From: Nitratidesulfovibrio vulgaris str. Hildenborough
Lineage (GTDB): Bacteria > Desulfobacterota > Desulfovibrionia > Desulfovibrionales > Desulfovibrionaceae
NCBI RefSeq assembly: GCF_000195755.1
Contig: NC_002937.3
Span: 1,500,001-1,532,000 of the forward strand
Length of the DNA stretch: 32,000 nt
Direction of reading: 5' to 3'
The notes under the pieces: model-generated
Databases searched by the model: none
Seen by the model: the letters and a program-made list of their open reading frames with translations, nothing else
What the model was told of the DNA's origin: nothing
Translations under genes and position numbers: made by a program
In this document: in pieces, positions 1 to 8,048 of the stretch
Layout of the letters: every line of letters begins with the position of its first letter
Position numbering within the stretch: position 1 is the stretch's first letter

Positions 1-690
1 TGCCTTGTGGGCACGTGCATGGGTGAACAGGTCGGTGAAGTCGGTGATGGCACCGAAGAAGTTGGGGTTCTGCACCACCACGGCGGCGCAGGTGTCATCG
101 ACGGAGGCCTTCAGGGCATCCATGTCGGACAGACCGTCACGATGCGGCACCGTCACCAGTTCGAGTTGCAGATTCGAGGTGTAGGAGGCCAGCATCGTCC
201 GGTAGATGGGCGACAGGGCCTCGTCGATGACCAGCTTGCGCCTTCTGGTGGCGCGCACCGCCATCATCATGGCCTCGAAGAGGGCCGAACCGCCATCGTA
301 GACGGATGCGTTGGCGCAGTCCATGTCCAGCAGACGGCACACCGCTGTCTGGAATTCGAATATGGCCTGTAGCGTGCCCTGCGCGGCTTCGGGCTGGTAG
401 GGGGTGTAGGCGGTGTAGAACTCCCCGCGAGAGGAGAGGGCGTCCACTGCTTTGGGGATGTGGTGGTCGTAGAAGCCGGCACCGAGGAAGCTCACCACGT
501 CGGTGCGGTTTCTGGCGGAAAGGGCTTCAAGACGCGAGCATACGTCCATCTCGCTCAACCCCTTGGGCAGGGCGAAGCTCTTGGGGCGCATCTCTGCGGG
601 GATGTCTGCGAAGAGGTCTTCAATGGTGTTCACGCCGATGGCGTCGAGCATCACGCTGACGTCTTCGGGCGAATGCGGGACGAAGGGCAT
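1..690 (-). CDS. gcvPA: Glycine dehydrogenase (decarboxylating) subunit 1 (GcvPA), N-terminal 230 codons; gene runs off the left edge
   Basis: Absent from the ORF track because there is no stop in the window. Hand translation of the minus strand from ATG (cat at 688-690) gives MPFVPHSPEDVSVMLDAIGVNTIEDLFADIPAEMRPKSFALPKGLSEMDV... The frame stays open to nt 1 (...FFGAITDFTDLFTHARAHKA). GGAGGAG RBS at 696-702. Lies 14 nt downstream of gcvH. Confidence 0.85.
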   Translation of the reverse strand, partial: MPFVPHSPEDVSVMLDAIGVNTIEDLFADIPAEMRPKSFALPKGLSEMDVCSRLEALSARNRTDVVSFLGAGFYDHHIPKAVDALSSRGEFYTAYTPYQPEAAQGTLQAIFEFQTAVCRLLDMDCANASVYDGGSALFEAMMMAVRATRRRKLVIDEALSPIYRTMLASYTSNLQLELVTVPHRDGLSDMDALKASVDDTCAAVVVQNPNFFGAITDFTDLFTHARAHKA

Positions 691-704
691 GACGGCTCCT
701 CCGC

Positions 705-1088
705 CTAGTGGGCTTCGCTGGCGACGAGTTCACCGTAGGCGGTGGCGTCGAGCAGGTCTTCAGGGGTTGCGGCAAGCTTCACACGCAGCATCCAGCCTTC
801 GGTGTAGGGCGACTGGTTGACCAGTTCGGGAGCCGATGCGAGGGCGTCATTGACGGCGATGACCTCTCCGGCGACAGGTGCGTAGAGCTCGCTGGCAGCC
901 TTGACGGATTCGACGGAGCCCATCTCCTGTTCCACGTCGAGGGTGTCGCCCACACCGGGAAGGTCGACGAAGGTCAGGTCGCCAAGCTGTTCCTGTGCGA
1001 AATGGGTGATGCCGATGACGGCTTCGTCGCCTTCGATGCGAATCCATTCGTGGGTCTTGCTGTACTTGAGTTCGGCGGGGATGCTCAT
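705..1088 (-). CDS. gcvH: Glycine cleavage system H protein (lipoyl carrier)
   Basis: ORF 705..1169 trimmed to ATG at 1088, with AGGAGA RBS just upstream. [20 protein letters not shown]...[20 protein letters not shown] contains the lipoyl-lysine motif (ESVKA). 127 aa is the typical length. Confidence 0.95.
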
Positions 1089-1187
1089 GGGTTGTCTCCT
1101 GTTGTGCGGCCCGTGGTCGTGGACGCTTGGTTTTGGTTGGTAGATACCCGCTCGCCCCTGCGGGGGCAAGTGCTAGATGCGTAAAGC

Positions 1188-1214
1188 AAAAGGCCGGATG
1201 GTTCCGGCCTTTTG
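1188..1214 (-). terminator. Rho-independent terminator after the response-regulator gene (A/T-flanked, could act in both directions)
   Basis: Stem GGCCGGA (1192-1198) / TCCGGCC (1203-1209), 4-nt loop, flanked by AAAA and TTTT. Lies about 65 nt downstream of the stop at 1280. Confidence 0.75.
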
Positions 1215-1279
1215 TCGCATCTTGTGATGGCTGCGCGCTCCCCCCGCAGGAGGGCTGGAGAGGACGCGTCGTGAGGGTA

Positions 1280-1693
1280 TCACGCTTCGTTCTTGGACAG
1301 ATGCACGCCGAGTTTCTCTATCTCGTCCAGCAGAATCTGTCTGCGTATGGGCTTGACGATGTAGCTTGTGGCTTCGCCGAGAAAGAATGCATCATGCACT
1401 TCGCTGGAGTCGTCGAGACCGGTGAGCATGATGATCTTGGCAGCTTTCTCGGGTGCGATGCCATGCTCCTTCTCTATCTCGCGTATCTCGCGCAGTGCCT
1501 GCTGCCCGTCGGCATTGGGCATGAGAATGTCGAGCGTGATGACATCATAGGGTTCGCCGTCGCCGAGTGCGGCTCGAAAGGCCTCGACGCCCTCCTCACC
1601 GTCGGTGGCGACGTCCACATAGCCGTATGGGTGCAATAGCTTCTGGACGAGCCTGCGGCTGTCGAAGTCGTCGTCTACGACAAGAAACTTCAT
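1280..1693 (-). CDS. Single-domain CheY-like response regulator (receiver only)
   Basis: MKFLVVDDDFDSRRLV...YDVITLDILMPNADG...IIMLTG...YIVKP carries all canonical receiver residues (DD pair, phospho-Asp, T, K). 137 aa with no output domain. Confidence 0.9.
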   Translation of the reverse strand: MKFLVVDDDFDSRRLVQKLLHPYGYVDVATDGEEGVEAFRAALGDGEPYDVITLDILMPNADGQQALREIREIEKEHGIAPEKAAKIIMLTGLDDSSEVHDAFFLGEATSYIVKPIRRQILLDEIEKLGVHLSKNEA

Positions 1694-1800
1694 TGCAGTG
1701 TTTCCCCCGATGTTGTCTTGGATACGTGTTTTATACGCATTGAGCCATAGCCCAGACAGTCCCCACTGTCCAGCCGTGAGCCTTCAACCATCAATGATTA

Positions 1801-3456
1801 TCAGGAACTAGCATCAGCGTCAGCGAAGATAGACGCCACGATATCCACAGCATCTTTCTGGATGCGTTGCAGATGTTCGGGGCTCACGAAGCTTTCTGTA
1901 TATATTTTGTACATGTCTTCCGTGCCGGAAGGCCGCGCGGCGAACCAGCCGTCATCGGTCACGACCTTGAGGCCGCCGATGGCTGCACCGTTGCCGGGGG
2001 CATGGGTGAGCATGGCGGTGATAGGTGCGCCCGCAAGTGATGTGGCCTTGACCCGTTCCGGGGTAAGCCCCGCGAAGACGGCCCGCTGCGCCGCCGTCGC
2101 CGGAGACTGCAGCCGTTCATAATACGGCGTGCCGCAACGTTCGGTGAGTTCTGCATAGATTTCGGATGGCGAGCGTTCCTCAACCGCCATCATCTCGGCG
2201 GCGAGAAGATTCATGATGATGCCGTCCTTGTCCGTCGACCACGGTGTGCCGTCGCTACGCAGGAACGACGCCCCGGCGCTCTCTTCACCGCCGAAGCCGC
2301 ATGAGCCATCAAGCAGCAGTGGCACGAACCATTTGAAGCCGACGGGCACCTCGACGACCTTGCGTCCCAGAAGCTTCGCCACGCGGTCGACCATGCTGCT
2401 GGTCACAAGGGTCTTGCCTATCCCGCACGTCGTATTCCAGCCGGGACGATGGCGGTAGAGGTACCACACTGCCGCCGCGATGTAATGGTTGGGATTGAGC
2501 AGACCTTGTGCGGTGACTATGCCGTGCCTGTCGGCATCGGGGTCGTTCCCGAATGCGATGTCGTAGGACTGGCGCAGGTCGATGAGCCCGCGCATGGCCC
2601 AGGGCGAGGAACAGTCCATGCGCACCTTGCCGTCCTTGTCCTGCGGCATGAAGCGGAAGGTGGGGTCGGCTTCGCGGTTCACCACGGTGATGTCCAGCCC
2701 GTACTTTTCGGCGATGGGGTCCCAGTAGGCGAGGGATGAACCGCCCAGCGGGTCCGCTGCGATGCGAAGGCCTGCGCCACGGATGGCGTCCATGTCCAGT
2801 ACCGAGGCGAGGTCGTTCACATAGGCGCTGACAAGGTCAACAGCTTCGATTCCGGGAGTGCGCAGGGCCTTGTGCAGGACGACGCGCCTCACTCCGGCGA
2901 GGCCGTTGTCGAGAAGTTCGTTGGCGCGGCGTTCGATGCGTCGTGTGACCGTCGTGTCCGCAGGGCCGCCGTGGGGCGGATTGTATTTGAAGCCGCCGTC
3001 TTCTGGAGGGTTGTGGGACGGGGTGATGACGACGCCATCGGCACGGGGCCGGTCGCGGTGGGCATTCCAGCAAAGGATGGCATGGCTGATGACGGGGGTG
3101 GGGGTGAATCCGCCGCCAGTCTGAAGCCGGACGTTCACTCCATTGGCTGCGAGTACCTCAAGCGCGGTGCGATGGGCGCATTCGGAGAGGGCATGTGTGT
3201 CCATGCCGAGGAACAGCGGGCCCGCTATGCCGTCTTCGCGGCGGATGTCGCAGACCGCCTGTGTCACGGCGAGGATGTGTTCCTCGTTGAACGTGCCGTG
3301 CAGTGAAGACCCCCGATGCCCCGATGTGCCGAAAGCCACCCTCCGTTCGACTGCGGTGGTGTCAGGGTGTCCGGTATAGTATTCGCCCATGAGGGCGGGG
3401 ATGTTCACGAGCCTGTCGTGGCTGGGACGTTCTCCGGCGAGAGGATGGACTGACAT
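1801..3456 (-). CDS. pgm: Phosphoglucomutase, alpha-D-glucose-phosphate specific
   Basis: 551 aa. Motifs FGTSGHRG and active-site loop TPSHNPPEDGGFKYN. Length and motifs resemble enterobacterial Pgm. Confidence 0.93.
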   Translation of the reverse strand: MSVHPLAGERPSHDRLVNIPALMGEYYTGHPDTTAVERRVAFGTSGHRGSSLHGTFNEEHILAVTQAVCDIRREDGIAGPLFLGMDTHALSECAHRTALEVLAANGVNVRLQTGGGFTPTPVISHAILCWNAHRDRPRADGVVITPSHNPPEDGGFKYNPPHGGPADTTVTRRIERRANELLDNGLAGVRRVVLHKALRTPGIEAVDLVSAYVNDLASVLDMDAIRGAGLRIAADPLGGSSLAYWDPIAEKYGLDITVVNREADPTFRFMPQDKDGKVRMDCSSPWAMRGLIDLRQSYDIAFGNDPDADRHGIVTAQGLLNPNHYIAAAVWYLYRHRPGWNTTCGIGKTLVTSSMVDRVAKLLGRKVVEVPVGFKWFVPLLLDGSCGFGGEESAGASFLRSDGTPWSTDKDGIIMNLLAAEMMAVEERSPSEIYAELTERCGTPYYERLQSPATAAQRAVFAGLTPERVKATSLAGAPITAMLTHAPGNGAAIGGLKVVTDDGWFAARPSGTEDMYKIYTESFVSPEHLQRIQKDAVDIVASIFADADASS

Positions 3457-3644
3457 GCGGGGCTCTCTGTTGCGTGGTTTGCAATTTCGATCATTCCGTG
3501 CAGCAGTCTACCCGCCTGTGGTGTGAAGCACAACCCGTGCCGGATTCTTATCATGCCCCGCGGATTGTCGTCACCATCGTAGAAGTTGCGTCCATGACTC
3601 GCTCATGGCGATGCAAGGCGAATTGCAGTGGACGGCATGTGAAA

Positions 3645-3670
3645 GGGGGACGCATCGCGATGCGTCCCCC
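3645..3670 (-). terminator. Hairpin terminator downstream of ychF
   Basis: Perfect palindrome GGGGGACGCAT-cgcg-ATGCGTCCCCC (3645-3670), 65 nt after the ychF stop. On the minus strand it is followed by TTTC, a weak U tract. Confidence 0.6.
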
Positions 3671-3734
3671 CGTTCCTGTCACGTCATGCGATGGCCGACC
3701 TTGAAGGTGTGGCCTCGCGAGAAGCGGATCGAAT

Positions 3735-4835
3735 CTACACGTTGAAAAGGAAGTGGACGACGTCGCCGTCCTGCATGACGTATTCCTTGCCCTCTACGCG
3801 CAGAACCCCGGCTGAACGGCATGCCGCCTCGCTACGGTGCTTCACGTAGTCGTCGTAGGCGATGACCTCGGCACGGATGAAGCCACGCTCGAAGTCGGTG
3901 TGGATGACGCCTGCGCCTTGCGGGGCCTTCCAGCCCTGCTTGATGGTCCATGCCCGCACTTCCTTCTCCCCGGCAGTGAAGTAGCTGGCAAGGCCGAGGG
4001 TGTGGTAGCCGGTGCGGATGATGGATACGAGGCCGCTTTCGTCGATGCCGTACGAGCCCAGCATCTCGGCCTGTTCCTCATCGGAGAGGCCTTGCAGTTC
4101 CTCTTCGATCTTGGCGCAGATCTTGACCACGTCGGCTCCGCGCGAGGCGGCGAGCTCACGCACCCGCAGTACGTGGGCGTTCTCTTCGCCGATGCCGGTC
4201 TCGTCGACATTGGCGCAGTAGATGATCTTCTTGGCGGTCAGCAGCCCCATCTCACGCCATGCAAGCTGGAAGGCGTCGCTTTCGCGGGCCTCGAAGGTGG
4301 AGGCGGGGTTGCCCGCGTTCATGTGCTCAAGCAGGCGTGCGACCTCTTCGGCTGCTGCCTTGGCGTCCTTGTCGCCCTTGGCCATCTTCTGGAGACGTTC
4401 GAAGCGCTTCTCTGCGCTCTGGATGTCGGCCAGAAGAAGCTCGGTCTCGATGGTCTCGATGTCGCGCAGCGGGTCGATGGCCCCATCCACGTGCGTGATG
4501 TTCTCGTCATCGAAACAGCGCACCACTTCAAGGATGGCCGCGCATTCACGGATGTTGGCGAGGAACTGGTTGCCAAGCCCTTCACCCTTGCTGGCCCCGC
4601 GGACGAGCCCGGCGATGTCGATGAAGTCGACCGTGGCATGAAGCACACGCTGGGGCTTCACGATCTCAGCGAGGGCGTCGAGACGCTTGTCGGGCACGGC
4701 GACCGTGGCCTTGTTCGGTTCGATGGTGCAGAAGGGGTAGTTTGCCGCTTCCGCGTTCTGTGCCTTGGTCAGCGCGTTGAAGAGGGTGGACTTGCCTACG
4801 TTGGGCAGCCCGACGATACCTATGCTGAGAGCCAT
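3735..4835 (-). CDS. ychF: Ribosome-binding ATPase YchF (Obg-family GTPase/ATPase)
   Basis: MALSIGIVGLPNVGKSTLFNALT (P-loop) and C-terminal ...VMQDGDVVHFLFNV. 366 aa. GGAGAA RBS upstream of the ATG at 4835. Confidence 0.95.
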   Translation of the reverse strand: MALSIGIVGLPNVGKSTLFNALTKAQNAEAANYPFCTIEPNKATVAVPDKRLDALAEIVKPQRVLHATVDFIDIAGLVRGASKGEGLGNQFLANIRECAAILEVVRCFDDENITHVDGAIDPLRDIETIETELLLADIQSAEKRFERLQKMAKGDKDAKAAAEEVARLLEHMNAGNPASTFEARESDAFQLAWREMGLLTAKKIIYCANVDETGIGEENAHVLRVRELAASRGADVVKICAKIEEELQGLSDEEQAEMLGSYGIDESGLVSIIRTGYHTLGLASYFTAGEKEVRAWTIKQGWKAPQGAGVIHTDFERGFIRAEVIAYDDYVKHRSEAACRSAGVLRVEGKEYVMQDGDVVHFLFNV

Positions 4836-5159
4836 GTGCTGTTCTCCGGGAGACTAGTGGTGGGCGGCTGTGCCGCGCGAGGCTTCATAGCCGTTTTTCG
4901 CGGGACTGCCTAGCCCCGGTTTTGTGGCCGGGGGGGCAGGGGGCGGTGGATGCCCCAGAAAGGCGTGCAACGTGGAGGGATAGGGGCTCTCCCGCCCGAG
5001 CCCTGACGCTGGTGTTCGGCTGTCGTGGGAGGGCTGTGCGGCGAGAAAGGATTCCGCCTGCGTGATGGCCTCGTGCGGCTCCGGATGGCAGGTGCAGGCC
5101 CGGGGCGGCAACGGCACAGCGGGCATGGCACAGCGGGCATGGAGTGGAGCGCCAGTATG

Positions 5160-5191
5160 AAGGGCGGAAGGCTTCATCGCCTCCCGCCCTT
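5160..5191 (-). terminator. Strong hairpin downstream of the M16 peptidase gene (candidate terminator)
   Basis: Minus-strand read AAGGGCGGGAGGC-gatgaa-GCCTTCCGCCCTT forms a 13-bp stem with one G.U pair. It lies about 60 nt after the stop at 5249. The U tract is poor (TTCAT). Confidence 0.5.
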
Positions 5192-5248
5192 GTCGTGCTT
5201 GTCTGTCCATGTGCGGGGTCTCTGCCTCGCACCTTCGGGCTTCAGAGC

Positions 5249-7855
5249 CTACGGGAGCACCTTCACCACGCGTACCTTGTTCATGTCGAGGTAGGTGCGG
5301 GCGACCCGCTCGAGGTCGGAAGGCGCGAGCTTTTCGGCCTTGTCGATGACCTCGCGATTGAACAGTAGCGGATAGCCTTGCGAGGTGAGCATGGCCGCTT
5401 CGGAACTGCGGCTGCCAAGACGCTGATGCTCGCGGTAGTAGTCGCCGCGCATCTGGTTCTTGCCGCGTCGCAGTTCTTCGTCGGGGAGGGCCGTCGCGTG
5501 CAGTTGGTCGATGACCTTGCGGAACCCAGCCTCGGCCTGTTCGAGCTTGCCGGGTTCTGTGCCGATGTACAGCACCATGAAGCCTGCGAGGTCTGACTGC
5601 CAGTTCATGGCAGTCACCGTGTAGCCGAGTCCCTGCTTGTCACGCATGTCACGGAAGAGCAGACCACTCTGTCCTGCCAGCACGGATTGCAGCAGTTCCA
5701 GTGCGGGCGTGTCCTTGTGTGCGAGGCCCACTGTGGGGAAGACCAGCAGCAGGTGCGCCTGATTGCGTTCGGGCAGGCGCAGGTCGAGCGCCTTCTCCGG
5801 CGTCCATGCGGGGGCGTCGAGGCTGACAGGCTTGCCTGAGGGTGCAGGCAGCGACTTTGCGAAGCGCAGAACGGCCTCGCGGTCGAACGAACCTGCCACC
5901 GACATGACCCACGGCTGTGCAGCCTGCCTGGCCCAGAAAGCCTTCACATCGTCACGCGTGAAGCCTTCGACCGTCTCGGGCTGGCCGAGATGATAGAAGC
6001 CGTAGCTGTGGCCGGGGAACAGGAAGGGCGTGAGATGCCTGAACGCAAGTCCCAGCGGCTGGTCTTCACGGGCGCGGATGCTGGCGACCTGATTGCGCTT
6101 CTCGCGGGCCACCTCGTCCGGTGCGAGGGCGGGGGTGGTGAGCACTTCGTGCAGCAGCCCGAACATGTCACCGTCGAAGCGCGAGGGTTCACGCAGGCTC
6201 AGGGTGAATGTGCGCCGACCGGCACTGGCGCCGAGTGACGCGGCGCGGTCGGACTGGAAGGCTTCCAGTGTGGGGGCATCATGCTTGAGCGTGCCCTTGG
6301 TCAGAACCGATGCGGTGAGTGCCGCAAGCCCCTGCCTGTTCTGGTCGAGAAGGGCATTGCCGCCGGAGAAGACCATGTCGAGGGCCGTGTAGGGCAGCGT
6401 GGTGTCGGGAATGAGCACCACCTTGCGTCCGCCGCCGAGGTCGACGGTCTCGGTCTTGCCCACCGCAGCGGCGTTGCCTTCTTCGGCGGCCTTGCCCTTG
6501 GAGGGCCATGTGGACTTGAGCGTGGCGGCAAGGGCAGGGGCCTTCGTGCCTTCCGGCAGCAGCACCGACACGGTCAGGCGCTCGGGGCGCAGCCAGTCCC
6601 TGATGAGGGCCTCGAGTTGCGGGCGTTCGACATCCCGGACGGCTTGCAGGTAGTTGGCCTCGCCCTGTGGCCCGTCGCTGAAGAACTGGAAATAGCCCTC
6701 CTTCGATGCGAGGCCTGCCACTGTCTCCTTGGAGCGGTAGAGTCCGTCCTCGATGTTGAGGCGGGCGCGTTCGAACTCCTGTTCGGTGAAGGCATCGGCC
6801 TTGAGGCCTGCCAGCATGGTCGTGAGTTCCTTCCAGAACGTCTCGACCTTGTCCGCATCCAGTTCAGCGGTGATGTAGAGCATCCCCACCCGCTCGAAAC
6901 TGTAGTTGGCCACGGAGATGTCATCGACAAGCTGCTTCTCGTACTTGAAGGTGCGGTACAGCAGGGCGGTGGGGTCGCCGCCAAGAAGCTGGGAGAGCAT
7001 GTCGAGTTGTGCGGCCTGAAGCGCCTTGAGGCCGGGCACCGGAAGCGCGACGCCGAGGTACACCTTCTTCCACGGGCCGTGTTCCACGTTCACGACGGGC
7101 CCGTGGGCGAATGCGCGGGCGTCGATCGCAGCCGGAGGCGTGATGTTCTGGTCGTTGGTCAGGCCGCCGAAGAGCCGTTCCGCTTCGGCACGCACCTCGG
7201 CGGGGTCGACGTTGCCCACCACTGTCAGCAGCATCGACTGGGGCTGGTAGTGCTTGCGGATGTACGCGCGCATGGTGTCCGCGGTGGTGGCGCGGATGGT
7301 CTCGCGATAGCCGATGATGGGGCGTTCGTAGGTCGTGCCCTTGAGCGTGCCCGCCTGCAACGACTGGAAGATGCGGCTGTCGGGCGAGTCTTCACCGCGT
7401 TGCAGTTCGGCGATGACGACATCCTTCTCCGATTCGAGTTCGGCAGGGTCCAAGGCGGGCTCGAATGCCATGTCGCGCAGGACGTCCATGCCCAGCTTCC
7501 ATTGCGTCGAGGGCATGTCCGTGAGGTATACCGTATAGTCGAAGCTGGTGGCGGCGTTGAGATAGCCGCCCACGCTCTCGACATCTCGTGCGACCTGTCC
7601 CTTGGGGCGTTTCACCGTCCCCTTGAAGACCATGTGCTCGAGCAGGTGGCTTATGCCCGCCTCCTCAGGTGTTTCAAAGGCCGAACCGGCGTGGACGTAG
7701 AGGCGAAGCGAGGCGAGGGGGAAACGGTCGTCCTTGAGGACGAGTACAGTCAGGCCGTTGGAAAGCCGCGTTATGTCGGCGGGCTGCGCAGCCTGGACGG
7801 ACGTGGCGAGCATGAATACTCCGATGATGCAGGTGAAGAGAGCGGCTATGCGCAT
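5249..7855 (-). CDS. Secreted M16-family (pitrilysin/insulinase-like) zinc peptidase, double-length (two M16 halves)
   Basis: ORF 5249..7900 trimmed to ATG 7855 (AAGGAG plus 6 nt; ATG 7861 abuts the RBS). Signal peptide MRIAALFTCIIGVFMLATSVQA/AQ. Inverted zincin motif HLLEH followed by FKGT. About 868 aa, consistent with fused active and inactive M16 units. Confidence 0.88.
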   Translation of the reverse strand: MRIAALFTCIIGVFMLATSVQAAQPADITRLSNGLTVLVLKDDRFPLASLRLYVHAGSAFETPEEAGISHLLEHMVFKGTVKRPKGQVARDVESVGGYLNAATSFDYTVYLTDMPSTQWKLGMDVLRDMAFEPALDPAELESEKDVVIAELQRGEDSPDSRIFQSLQAGTLKGTTYERPIIGYRETIRATTADTMRAYIRKHYQPQSMLLTVVGNVDPAEVRAEAERLFGGLTNDQNITPPAAIDARAFAHGPVVNVEHGPWKKVYLGVALPVPGLKALQAAQLDMLSQLLGGDPTALLYRTFKYEKQLVDDISVANYSFERVGMLYITAELDADKVETFWKELTTMLAGLKADAFTEQEFERARLNIEDGLYRSKETVAGLASKEGYFQFFSDGPQGEANYLQAVRDVERPQLEALIRDWLRPERLTVSVLLPEGTKAPALAATLKSTWPSKGKAAEEGNAAAVGKTETVDLGGGRKVVLIPDTTLPYTALDMVFSGGNALLDQNRQGLAALTASVLTKGTLKHDAPTLEAFQSDRAASLGASAGRRTFTLSLREPSRFDGDMFGLLHEVLTTPALAPDEVAREKRNQVASIRAREDQPLGLAFRHLTPFLFPGHSYGFYHLGQPETVEGFTRDDVKAFWARQAAQPWVMSVAGSFDREAVLRFAKSLPAPSGKPVSLDAPAWTPEKALDLRLPERNQAHLLLVFPTVGLAHKDTPALELLQSVLAGQSGLLFRDMRDKQGLGYTVTAMNWQSDLAGFMVLYIGTEPGKLEQAEAGFRKVIDQLHATALPDEELRRGKNQMRGDYYREHQRLGSRSSEAAMLTSQGYPLLFNREVIDKAEKLAPSDLERVARTYLDMNKVRVVKVLP

Positions 7856-7982
7856 GGGCATCTCCTTGTTTGTGGAAGCACGGTCATGCCGGGTGGGCAT
7901 GACATGTCACGACGTTGCAGGCCGTGCGAGGCATCCTGTAACGTTAAGACTCCGGCCCCGCAAGGCAAGGGGCGATGCAGAC

Positions 7983-8020
7983 AAGCGCCTTCATCTCGGC
8001 TATGATGGCCGAAGGCGCTT
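7983..8020 (+). promoter_or_regulatory. Perfect 10-bp inverted repeat (leader hairpin or operator) just upstream of the HPt/STAS gene RBS
   Basis: AAGCGCCTTC (7983-7992) and GAAGGCGCTT (8011-8020) are exact reverse complements separated by an 18-nt loop. The RBS GGGGAGG is at 8034-8040. Confidence 0.4.
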
Positions 8021-8048
8021 CGCGCCGGATTCCGGGGAGGTTGCAGCG

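Noticed and set aside
1089-1279. Possible glycine riboswitch upstream of gcvH
   Set aside because: I looked for the conserved GGAGAG...CACCGAAGGGGCAA-type cores on the minus strand and did not find them. The region contains only a terminator and two short CCCCTGCGGGGG / CCCCCGCAGG inverted elements.
3837-4913. 358-aa + strand ORF
   Set aside because: It is entirely antisense to the well-supported ychF gene. The product is Gly/Ala/Val/Asp-rich low-complexity sequence, typical of shadow ORFs in GC-rich DNA. There is no RBS.
4854-5210. 118-aa minus-strand ORF in the peptidase/ychF spacer
   Set aside because: The product is Pro/His/Ala-rich and low in complexity. There is no RBS, and the ORF starts inside the terminator-like hairpin. 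It is kept only as a possible gene remnant in the findings.
6281-8005. 574-aa + strand ORF
   Set aside because: It is antisense to the M16 peptidase gene. It is a shadow ORF with no recognisable motifs and the biased composition of an antisense frame.
7734-8048. N-terminal 105 codons of the 836-aa track ORF (TTG 7734 / ATG 7899)
   Set aside because: This part overlaps the divergent peptidase start and is Arg-rich with many A/T-ending codons. A GTG with a good RBS at 8049 gives a natural Hpt-type N-terminus.
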